A DNA stretch of 64,000 nt, from NCBI GenBank assembly GCA_046565885.1, contig JBKHXT010000020.1, positions 5,784-69,783 of the forward strand. The letters are read 5' to 3'. Of this stretch, positions 53,114 through 60,579 are shown piece after piece. Numbering within the stretch: position 1 is the first letter of the stretch; every line of letters begins with the position of its first letter. The notes beneath the pieces are model-generated. The model did not search any database. It had not been told where the DNA came from and worked only from the letters and a program-made list of their open reading frames with translations. The translations under genes and the position numbers were made by a program. Source of the DNA: Acidimicrobiia bacterium. Its GTDB lineage: Bacteria > Actinomycetota > Acidimicrobiia > Acidimicrobiales > Salinilacustritrichaceae.

Positions 53114-53406
53114 TGTGGGCGGCGGCAGCCCTCGAGCTGTCCCTCCGCATCCCCCTCGGGGACTCGCTCAAGGCGAAGCGGTCGGTGATCCGACCGATCC
53201 TCGACGGCGCCCACCGCCGCTACGGCGTGGCGTCGGCCGAGGTGGCCGACCAGGACGTGCCCGACCGGGCCGTCCTGGTCTTCGCCGCGGTCGCCTCCAG
53301 CCCCCGCCAGGTCGACGAGGTCCTCGACGCCGTCGACCGCTTCGTGTGGTCGTTCCCCGAGGTCGAGGTACACGGCACCGAGCGCCACTGGCTCGAGACG
53401 GCGTAG
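53113..53406 (+). CDS. DUF503 (YlxP-like) protein
   Basis: SLKAKRSVIRPI, SAEVADQD; infB-DUF503 synteny. Confidence 0.88.
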
Positions 53407-53435
53407 CGGGGTCGGCGGTCGGTACCGTGACCGGC

Positions 53436-53705
53436 ATGCCGAAGGTCGAGCTGCCCGGCGGGGTGGTGCACGAGCTGCCCGACGACCTGCGGGCCGGGCT
53501 CGAGGCCAGCGCCGTCGCCCTCGAGGCGTGGCAGGACATCACGCCGCTGGCCCGCAACGAGTTCATCTGCTGGGTCGAGGACGCGAAGCGCGAGGCCACC
53601 CGTGAGCGCCGGATCCGGCGCACCCGGGAGGAGCTGGAGGAGGGCATGCGCCGCCCCTGCTGCTGGCCGGGTTGCGCGCACCGCGAGCGCAACGGCCGCG
53701 CCTGA
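53436..53705 (+). CDS. YdeI/OmpD-associated family protein
   Basis: WQDITPLARNEFICWVEDAK...TRERRI, C-terminal RRPCCWPGCAHR. Confidence 0.8.
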   Translation: MPKVELPGGVVHELPDDLRAGLEASAVALEAWQDITPLARNEFICWVEDAKREATRERRIRRTREELEEGMRRPCCWPGCAHRERNGRA

Positions 53706-53714
53706 GCCTCCTGC

Positions 53715-54437
53715 TCAGGGCGGGCTCACCTCGGCCAACATCGCGACGAGGCGCTGCTCCACCTCGTCCCTGTCGAGGCCGAGGCCGTGCAGCGGTCCGT
53801 CGTCGGCCTCCACCTCGAGCAGCGCGAGCAGCAGGTGCTCGGTGCCGATGTAGTTGTGGCCGAGGCGCAGCGCCGAGCGGAACGTGAGCTCGAGCACCTT
53901 GCGGGCGCCCACGTCGTAGGGGATGAGCGCCGGCACCTCGTCGTCGGCCCCGGGCAGGGTCGCCTCGACGGCGACCCGGACGTCGTCCTCGGTGCGGCCC
54001 TCGGCCAGCAGGATCCGGGCGGCGAGGGCGGTCGGCTCGGCGAGCAGACCGAGCACGAGGTGCCCGGTGGCGATGGTCGCGTTGCGGCGCTCGCGAGCCT
54101 CCTCCTGGGCGCCGAGCACGCAGCGCTTGGCGCGCTCGGTGAACCGGTCGAAGCCGTCGCCGCCGTCCACCACGGCGCCGGCGTCGACCGGGCTCGAGGG
54201 CACGAACCGCTTGCGCACCGCCTGCTTGGTCACGCCCATGCTGCGACCGATCTCGGTCCACGAGGCGCCCGAACGGCGGGCCTGGTCGACGAAGTGGCCG
54301 ATGAGGTGGTCGGCGAGGTCGCCGAGGTGGTCGGCGGCGGCCATGGCGTCGGCCACGCGGTCGAGGGGATCCTCGTGCACCCCGTTGATGGCGGCGATGA
54401 GGTCGTCCATGCGGACGTGGGCTGCGGGGTTCGCCAT
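53715..54437 (-). CDS. clpC2: ClpC2-like protein (N-terminal HTH plus Clp repeat domain)
   Basis: SWTEIGRSMGVTKQAVRKRF HTH; FDRFTERAK, LGHNYIGTEHLLL Clp-N repeats; no AAA domain. Confidence 0.85.
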   Translation of the reverse strand: MANPAAHVRMDDLIAAINGVHEDPLDRVADAMAAADHLGDLADHLIGHFVDQARRSGASWTEIGRSMGVTKQAVRKRFVPSSPVDAGAVVDGGDGFDRFTERAKRCVLGAQEEARERRNATIATGHLVLGLLAEPTALAARILLAEGRTEDDVRVAVEATLPGADDEVPALIPYDVGARKVLELTFRSALRLGHNYIGTEHLLLALLEVEADDGPLHGLGLDRDEVEQRLVAMLAEVSPP

Positions 54438-54438
54438 G

Positions 54439-54485
54439 CGACAACCCTAGGTTGTCGATCAGTGAGCGTCAACCCGAGGTTGTCG
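54439..54485 (-). promoter_or_regulatory. SigA promoter covered by two palindromic operators
   Basis: TTGACG-N17-TAGGGT; CGACAACC-CTA-GGTTGTCG (54439-54457) and CGTCAACC-CGA-GGTTGTCG (54467-54485). Confidence 0.85.
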
Positions 54486-54513
54486 CTCGTGTCGGTCCTG
54501 TCGCTCGGGGCGC

Positions 54514-55221
54514 CTACCCGCCGAGCTCGGCGAGGTCGACGACCTCGTCCTCGGGCGGCGCCTCGATCTCCAGCTCCTCGTCGAACTCCGAGAACGTGAT
54601 GGTGCCCGGCTCGTCGCCCTCGGTCACCTCGATGCGCAGGATGACGTGCGGCTCCGACGTGGCCACCCACGCCGTGACCGGGTCGCCCTCGTCGGTCGTG
54701 CTCGAGATGCGCACCGCCTCCTGGCCGTCGACGTCCTCCGTGCCCTCGACCACCGGCTCCTCCTCGGCGTCGTCGTCGCTGCCGATCTCCTCGAGCAGCT
54801 GGTCGAGGTCGCAGAACTCCGAGAAGTCGCCGTCGTCGCCGGGGACCACGACCCAGCGGTCGCCGACCAGCTCCACGATGGCGCTCGCCCCCTCGCCGGC
54901 GAAGGTCTCCCAGAAGGCGGCATCGGGGCGCAGGTAGCTGGTGCCGCCGACGCTGCTGATCTCCGCCGTGGCGCCGCCCTGGGTGAGGGTGCCCTGGCAG
55001 TCGCCCTCCGTGTCGAGGGCCAGGTCGATGGCGAGGTCTTCGCCGTCGACGACGAGGTCGCCCGTCATGCGCAGCGAGGTCACGGCGCGCATGTCCGCCT
55101 CGGCGGCGGCGACGATGTCGGCCGCCGGCTGGTCGGCGAAGCCGGAGGCGTCGTCGCCCCCGCACGCGCCGAGCAGCGCCGCCGTTGCGATGATCCCGAT
55201 GCTGCTCCGTCGCGCCGACAC
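54514..55221 (-). CDS. Putative lipoprotein (LppX/LprAFG-like fold)
   Basis: LLGAC lipobox, acidic beta-rich body ending IEAPPEDEVVD; RBS AGGAG. Confidence 0.75.
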   Translation of the reverse strand: MSARRSSIGIIATAALLGACGGDDASGFADQPAADIVAAAEADMRAVTSLRMTGDLVVDGEDLAIDLALDTEGDCQGTLTQGGATAEISSVGGTSYLRPDAAFWETFAGEGASAIVELVGDRWVVVPGDDGDFSEFCDLDQLLEEIGSDDDAEEEPVVEGTEDVDGQEAVRISSTTDEGDPVTAWVATSEPHVILRIEVTEGDEPGTITFSEFDEELEIEAPPEDEVVDLAELGG

Positions 55222-55350
55222 CGCACGCTCCTGTCCGCCGTCCACTGGAGGCGTCGAGTCAACCAGCCCGGCGGCGAGGGGGTGAGCATCCGCCCGTGGT
55301 GGCCCGTGCGCACCGGTGGAGATCGCCCGGGACTGTGGCAGGCTCGCCCC

Positions 55351-55803
55351 ATGGCTCGACGTCGTCAGACCAGCTCGCGCCGCTACCCACGCACCGCCCG
55401 GCTCAACGAGCTGGTGCGGGAGATCGTGGCCGAGGAGATCGAGCGGATCGACGACGAGCGCCTCGGGTTCTTCACGGTGACGGCCGTCGAGGTCGATCCC
55501 GGCCTCGAGCACGCCAAGGTCCACTGGTCCGACCTCGGCGCATCCGACGAGGTCGTGCTCGAGGTCCTCGAGGAGCACCGGGCCCGGCTGCAGGCGGCCG
55601 TCAACCGCCAGACCCACATGCGGCGCACGCCCGTGCTGTCGTTCCACGCCGACGAGGTGGCCCGGGGCGCCAGCCGGATCGAGGAGATCCTGCGCGACCT
55701 CGACGCCGGTGACGACGAGGCGGACGACGACGAGGCGGCCGTCGTCGACGCGGCCGGCGACCCGGCCGTCGACGGCGTGGCCGAGGACGAGACCGAGCGG
55801 TGA
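55351..55803 (+). CDS. rbfA: Ribosome-binding factor A
   Basis: RTARLNELVREIVA, MRRTPVLSF. Confidence 0.95.
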   Translation: MARRRQTSSRRYPRTARLNELVREIVAEEIERIDDERLGFFTVTAVEVDPGLEHAKVHWSDLGASDEVVLEVLEEHRARLQAAVNRQTHMRRTPVLSFHADEVARGASRIEEILRDLDAGDDEADDDEAAVVDAAGDPAVDGVAEDETER

Positions 55804-56783
55804 CCACGGTCGCCGAGGTCGCCGGCGTGATCGACGGGGCCGACCGCCTCGCCCTCGCCTGCCACCACCACCCCGACGGCGACGCCCTCGGCTCCATGCT
55901 CGCCATGCACCTGCTGTGCGAGGCCCACGGCAAGGACTCGGTGGCGTCGTGGCCGAGCCCGTTCGAGGTGGCGCCGCACTACGAGTTCCTGCCCGGGCTC
56001 GACCGGTGCACGCCGCCCGAGAGCTTCCCCGCCGAGCCCGAGGTGCTGGTCACCTTCGACCTCGGCCACCTCGGCCGGCTCGGTGACCTGGCGCCCAGCG
56101 CCGAGCGGGCCGGTCAGGTCGTCGTCCTCGACCACCACCCCGACAACCAGCGCTTCGGCACACTCAACCTCGTCGACGAGTCGGCCGCCGCCACCGCCGT
56201 GCTCGTCCGGGAGATCGCGCGCGAGCTGGGCTGGGCGCTCACGCACGAGGTCGCCCTGTGCCTCTACGTCGGCCTCGTCACCGACACCGGCCGCTTCCGC
56301 TACCCGAACACCACGCCGGACGTGTTCCACCTGGCCGAGGAGCTGGCCGAGTTCGACCTGCCCATCGCCCGCATCACCCGCGAGCTGTTCGAGAAGCACC
56401 GCTTCCAGTACGTGCAGCTGCTGTCGATGGCGCTGGCCCGCACCGAGCTCGACCAGGAGCGGCGCTTCGTCGTCGCCTGGCTCACCGCCCAGGACCTGGC
56501 CGACTTCGACGTCACCTTCGACGAGACCGAGGGCTTCATCGATCACGTGCGCGCCTGCGAGGAGGCCGAGGTCGCCTGCGTGCTGCGGGAGTCGCCGGGG
56601 GAGGGGCTGCGGGTGTCGCTGCGGTCGACCGGCGCCACCGACGTGTCCGAGCTCGCCGCCCGCTTCGGCGGCGGCGGCCACTCGTTCATGGCCGGCTTCG
56701 CCACCGACCGGCCGATCCCGCAGGTCGTCGAGGACATCCGGGCCTGCCTGCCGCCGCTGGCCACGCCCTCGGCCGCGTCGTGA
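55800..56783 (+). CDS. nrnA: DHH/DHHA1 nanoRNase/pAp phosphatase
   Basis: HHHPDGDALGS, LDHH, TDTGRF, GGGGH. Confidence 0.9.
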   Translation: MTTVAEVAGVIDGADRLALACHHHPDGDALGSMLAMHLLCEAHGKDSVASWPSPFEVAPHYEFLPGLDRCTPPESFPAEPEVLVTFDLGHLGRLGDLAPSAERAGQVVVLDHHPDNQRFGTLNLVDESAAATAVLVREIARELGWALTHEVALCLYVGLVTDTGRFRYPNTTPDVFHLAEELAEFDLPIARITRELFEKHRFQYVQLLSMALARTELDQERRFVVAWLTAQDLADFDVTFDETEGFIDHVRACEEAEVACVLRESPGEGLRVSLRSTGATDVSELAARFGGGGHSFMAGFATDRPIPQVVEDIRACLPPLATPSAAS

Positions 56784-56793
56784 GCCGCAGGCC

Positions 56794-57696
56794 GTGAGCC
56801 GCAAGAAGCCGTCGCCGTACGACGGGCTGGTGCTGGTCGACAAGGAGCCGGGCTGGACCAGCCACGACGTGGTCGCCAAGGCCCGCGGCGTGCTCGGCAC
56901 CCGCAAGGTCGGCCACGCCGGCACCCTCGACCCGCCCGCCACCGGGTTGCTGCTGGTCGGGGTCGGCTCGATGACCCGCCTGCTGCGCTACCTCACCGCG
57001 CTGCCCAAGACCTACGTGGGCGAGGTCGTGCTCGGCTCGGAGACCGACACGCTCGACGACACCGGTTCGGTGACGGCCACCTACGACATGGGCGCGGTGA
57101 CGCTCGAGCAGGTCCGCCACGTGGCCGCCGGCCTCACCGGCGACATCCTCCAGGTGCCGCCGATGGTCTCGGCGGTGAAGGTCGACGGCAAGCGCCTGCA
57201 CGAACTGGCCCGGGAGGGCAAGGAGGTCGAGCGCCAGGCCCGCCCGGTCACGATCCACGCCTTCGGGGTCGGCGAGCCGGTGGGCGACGGCGTCTACCCG
57301 GTCGAGGTCACGTGCTCGTCCGGCACCTACATCCGCACGCTCGCCGCCGACCTCGGCACCGCCCTCGGCGGCGGTGCGCACCTGCGCAACCTGCGCCGGA
57401 CCCGGGCCGGGTCTTTCCGGGTCGAGGACGCCCACGCCATCGGTGAGGTCGACCCGGAGCGGGACGTGCTGTCGCCGGCGCAGGCGCTCCGAGACCTGCC
57501 GACGGTGGTGGTCGACGTGCCCACCGCTGTCGATGTCGGCCACGGCAAGCCGCTCGAGCGCTCCCGCCTCGGCATCCCCGAGTCGCACGCCGGGCCGTGG
57601 GCGGTCGAGTCCCAGGACGGCCGGCTCCTCGCCGTCTACGTCCCCCACCGGGACGGGTTCGTGAAGCCCGAGGTCGTGGTGGCGCCGGTCGGCTGA
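56794..57696 (+). CDS. truB: tRNA pseudouridine(55) synthase
   Basis: KVGHAGTLDP, QVPPMVSAVK, CSSGTYIRTL. Confidence 0.97.
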   Translation: MSRKKPSPYDGLVLVDKEPGWTSHDVVAKARGVLGTRKVGHAGTLDPPATGLLLVGVGSMTRLLRYLTALPKTYVGEVVLGSETDTLDDTGSVTATYDMGAVTLEQVRHVAAGLTGDILQVPPMVSAVKVDGKRLHELAREGKEVERQARPVTIHAFGVGEPVGDGVYPVEVTCSSGTYIRTLAADLGTALGGGAHLRNLRRTRAGSFRVEDAHAIGEVDPERDVLSPAQALRDLPTVVVDVPTAVDVGHGKPLERSRLGIPESHAGPWAVESQDGRLLAVYVPHRDGFVKPEVVVAPVG

Positions 57697-57706
57697 CCTC
57701 GCCTCG

Positions 57707-57740
57707 TCCCGGCGCCGGCGTGCGCGCCGATGCGCCGGGA
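57707..57740. terminator. GC-rich hairpin between the convergent truB and DUF222 genes
   Basis: TCCCGGCGC...GCGCCGGGA with inner CGGCG/CGCCG; no U tract. Confidence 0.45.
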
Positions 57741-57790
57741 CCGCAGGGGATCCCGGTGCACTCGGCTGGTCCGCTGCCTCGCTCACCCGG

Positions 57791-59086
57791 TCAGCGGGCG
57801 AGGGTGAACAGGTCGCCCTGCTCGGCTCCCCGCGCTCGCTGCGGCGCCGGCCCGCCGGCAGGGGGTGGTCGGTCCTCGGGTGGTGGGTCCCAGTCGGTGC
57901 CGTCGCGGCGCACGAGGCGCTTGTTCCCGACCGGGCCGGCGAGGCGCAGGTCATGACGGGTCTTGAGGTCGTGGCAGTGCCAGCACACCCAGGACAGGTC
58001 TTCGGAGCGGGTGTCGTGGGTGAGGGCCCAGCCCTCGTTGTGGTCGATGTCGAGCAGGTGCGTGGATCCGCACCGCTCGCACCGGCAGCCCCGTGCCTCG
58101 AGCTCGGTGCGCTGGGCGGCGGTGACCTGCCGTCCGAGGTGGGTCACGTTCACCACGTCGGTGCCCTTGCGGAACACCACGCTGAGGAACGCGTCGGACA
58201 GCAACCGGCGCACGGCGGAGACCGACACGGGGCCGACGCCGGCGATCTCGCACGTCTCGTCACCCTCGACCCGGCCCCGGTTCAGGGCCTCGGCATCGAT
58301 GAGGGCGATGACCTTCTTCTCCGGGCGCACCGCCTGGCGCCGTGCGCAGCCGGACCCGTCTGCGCCGGGTTCGGAGAGCAACAGGTCCATCACGACGTCG
58401 GCGGCGTAGGCCTCGACCGGCTCCATCCGTCCGGCGTGGCGGGCGTCGGCGAAGGCCCGGTCGATGAGCGGCTTCAGGCGGGCGTCGACCTCACGCAGGC
58501 GGTCCGCCGGCGCCCGCAGCAACAGGTTCCCCATGCCGTCGGCGTCGTCCCAGCGGCGCACCTGGCGGGCCCGGTGCAGGCGCCGGGCGCGGGCTTCCCG
58601 GTCGCGGTCGGCCTTGGCCTTCTCCTCGGCCACCTTGCGGCGCAGATCGTGCAGGGGCTGGCGCCGGGCCGTGTCGAGCAGCTCGTCCTCCGCCGAGGGG
58701 GCAGCATCGGCGCCTTCGGACACCTCATCCGCCTGCTCGGGCGACAGGGTCCCGCCGCGCACCGCGTCCTCGGTCTTGGGCTGGGACGGCAGGCGCTTGG
58801 ACGTCGACAGCTTGCGCCGGGCCGCACGCGTGCCGGTGCCGGTCCGGCGGGCGATGTCGTCCTCGGGCGAGCGGGCACCGTCGCGCTTCCACCGCCCCGA
58901 CTCCTCGTAGCGCGACGTCATCCGCAGCACCGCCCCACCCACCAGGTGATCGAGGGCCACGAGGGCGTCGAACACCGCCGGCGCCTCGCTCAAGGAGATC
59001 GCGTTCGGCTCCAGGCGTGCGCACAGCGAACGGGTGCGAGCCACGAGCTCGAGCACCTCCGTCGCCGTCGCCGGTCCCCCTGCCAT
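57791..59086 (-). CDS. DUF222-like (13E12-type) protein with C-terminal HNH nuclease
   Basis: Helical N-terminal region, then CEIAGVGPV and CERC...DIDH...CWHCHDLKT. Confidence 0.82.
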   Translation of the reverse strand: MAGGPATATEVLELVARTRSLCARLEPNAISLSEAPAVFDALVALDHLVGGAVLRMTSRYEESGRWKRDGARSPEDDIARRTGTGTRAARRKLSTSKRLPSQPKTEDAVRGGTLSPEQADEVSEGADAAPSAEDELLDTARRQPLHDLRRKVAEEKAKADRDREARARRLHRARQVRRWDDADGMGNLLLRAPADRLREVDARLKPLIDRAFADARHAGRMEPVEAYAADVVMDLLLSEPGADGSGCARRQAVRPEKKVIALIDAEALNRGRVEGDETCEIAGVGPVSVSAVRRLLSDAFLSVVFRKGTDVVNVTHLGRQVTAAQRTELEARGCRCERCGSTHLLDIDHNEGWALTHDTRSEDLSWVCWHCHDLKTRHDLRLAGPVGNKRLVRRDGTDWDPPPEDRPPPAGGPAPQRARGAEQGDLFTLAR

Positions 59087-59092
59087 GACGGC

Positions 59093-59121
59093 ACGCTACT
59101 CGAACGTACGTTCGGCTACAA
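59093..59121 (-). promoter_or_regulatory. LexA (SOS) box inside a SigA promoter of the DUF222-HNH gene
   Basis: CGAAC-GTAC-GTTCG at 59101-59114 within TTGTAG-N17-TAGCGT; ATG 6 nt after the -10. Confidence 0.85.
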
Positions 59122-59183
59122 CCCAAATGTCCGATTTCTTCGGACGGCCGGTGGGCCGCCCGCCGACCGCATCGCCGGGTGGG

Positions 59184-59921
59184 TCAGCCGCCGGTCAGGT
59201 CCTGGAAGGCGACGATCGGATCGGTGCCGACGTCGGCGGCCCTGGCGGTCTCGACCGAGCGGGGGATCGTCGGGCGCAACCGCTCGAGCAGCGCATCCGT
59301 GGCCGCCGAGCCGCCGTCGATGAGGATGGCGAGCACGTCGTCGCTGCGGCGCAGGACCCGGTCCTGGGAGCGCACCGAGCGCCGCACGGCGCCGGCCACC
59401 TCGTCGAGCACGGCGTCGCCGGCCGTGAAGCGCACCAGCTGATCGCCGGGGTGGGCGGAGGCGAGCACCTTGAAGAAGTCGTTGACGTCGTCGACGCTGC
59501 CCTTGGGACCGGGAACCTCCCGGGTGGTGCGCCGGCGCTCGGCGCGGCGGCGGGCGCCGGAGGTCAGGCGCTCGACGAGGTGGTCGAAGTCCGGCTTGCG
59601 GACCACGTCCACGAAGTCGCCCTCCAGGCCGGTCGGTGCGTCGTAGGCGGTGAAGACGACGACGTACGGCGGCGTCCCGCTCGAGCGCCGCAGCTGCTGG
59701 ATCACGTCGAGCCCGGTGCCGCCCTTGAGCGACAGGTCGAGCACGACGACGTCGGGCTGCAGCCGCTCGACCTGCTCGATCGCCTGCCACGGCGAGAACG
59801 CCTCGGCGACCACCCGGCCGTCGTGGTCCTCGACGAGGCCGCACACGACGGACCGCACCAGCGGATCGTCGTCGCACACGACGACCGTCATCGTCGACGT
59901 CGGGGCCGCGATGCGAGCCAT
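59184..59921 (-). CDS. Response regulator: REC plus degenerate GGDEF-like domain
   Basis: CDDD, VLDL, FTAY, RKP; C-terminal RSQD-RVL-R-R-SDDVL in place of RxxD-xxx-R-x-GGDEF. Confidence 0.8.
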   Translation of the reverse strand: MARIAAPTSTMTVVVCDDDPLVRSVVCGLVEDHDGRVVAEAFSPWQAIEQVERLQPDVVVLDLSLKGGTGLDVIQQLRRSSGTPPYVVVFTAYDAPTGLEGDFVDVVRKPDFDHLVERLTSGARRRAERRRTTREVPGPKGSVDDVNDFFKVLASAHPGDQLVRFTAGDAVLDEVAGAVRRSVRSQDRVLRRSDDVLAILIDGGSAATDALLERLRPTIPRSVETARAADVGTDPIVAFQDLTGG

Positions 59922-59929
59922 GCCGTTGC

Positions 59930-59959
59930 TATCGGCAGGGCGGCGGCGTGGCTTGAGGG
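59930..59959 (-). promoter_or_regulatory. Sigma-28/WhiG-type promoter (leaderless) of the response regulator
   Basis: CCCTCAAG-N15-GCCGATA, 8 nt before ATG. Confidence 0.75.
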
Positions 59960-60090
59960 CTGTGGCGTCCGCTGCGGTGCCTACGGAGCGTCACCGCAAC
60001 ACCCGAACTGCGCGCCCGCCGTGCGTAGTCCCTACGGACCATACCCATTGCCGTACGGAGAGTGGCAGAATGCGCAAGGTCGGAAGTCGT

Positions 60091-60105
60091 GTGACACAGC
60101 GTCAC
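60091..60105. promoter_or_regulatory. BldD-like operator upstream of tadE
   Basis: GTGACACAGCGTCAC matches NTNACNC(A/T)GNGTNAN at every defined position. Confidence 0.55.
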
Positions 60106-60150
60106 AAGAGTGGGAGCGTACGATCTCCGATGCGGAAGGGGAGGACTGCG

Positions 60151-60579
60151 GTGCGAGGGCAAGCGGGAGTGGGAGAACGAGAGCGCGGCGCGTCGCTCGT
60201 CGAGTTCGCGCTGATCGTTCCGCTGCTGACCTTGTTCCTCTTCGGCATCGTCCAGTTCGGCTTGGCCTACGACAAGAAGCAGTCGATCAACTCCGCTGCG
60301 AGAGAGGGCGCCAGGACCGCGGCGATCCCGACGAACACCGTCTCGGACGTCGAAGCCGCCGTCGAGAACAGCTTCCAAGGGCTGATCGACGGAACAGTGA
60401 CGACGACGGTCATGGTCGGGGCCACCACCTACACGTCGGGTCAGGAGCCGTGTGACGGCAACGCCGGCCAAACGGTCGTGGTGGAATCACATGTGGATCA
60501 CGAGCTGACGATCCCGTTCTTCGGGGCGCCGGTTCTGGATCTCCAAGGAAGAGGAGAGTTCAGGTGCGAGCGCGCGTAG
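60151..60579 (+). CDS. tadE: TadE-like pseudopilin
   Basis: ERG|ASLVEFALIVP prepilin motif, AAREGAR; RBS GGGGAGG. Confidence 0.9.
   Translation: MRGQAGVGERERGASLVEFALIVPLLTLFLFGIVQFGLAYDKKQSINSAAREGARTAAIPTNTVSDVEAAVENSFQGLIDGTVTTTVMVGATTYTSGQEPCDGNAGQTVVVESHVDHELTIPFFGAPVLDLQGRGEFRCERA

Noticed and set aside
60090-60106. CRP/GlxR site
   Set aside because: TGTGA-N7-TCACA has one base too many; the BldD consensus fits better, though CRP is not excluded
60104-60133. Third sigma-28 promoter before tadE (ACAAG-N17-TCCGATG)
   Set aside because: Mismatches in both boxes and wrong spacing; too weak to call
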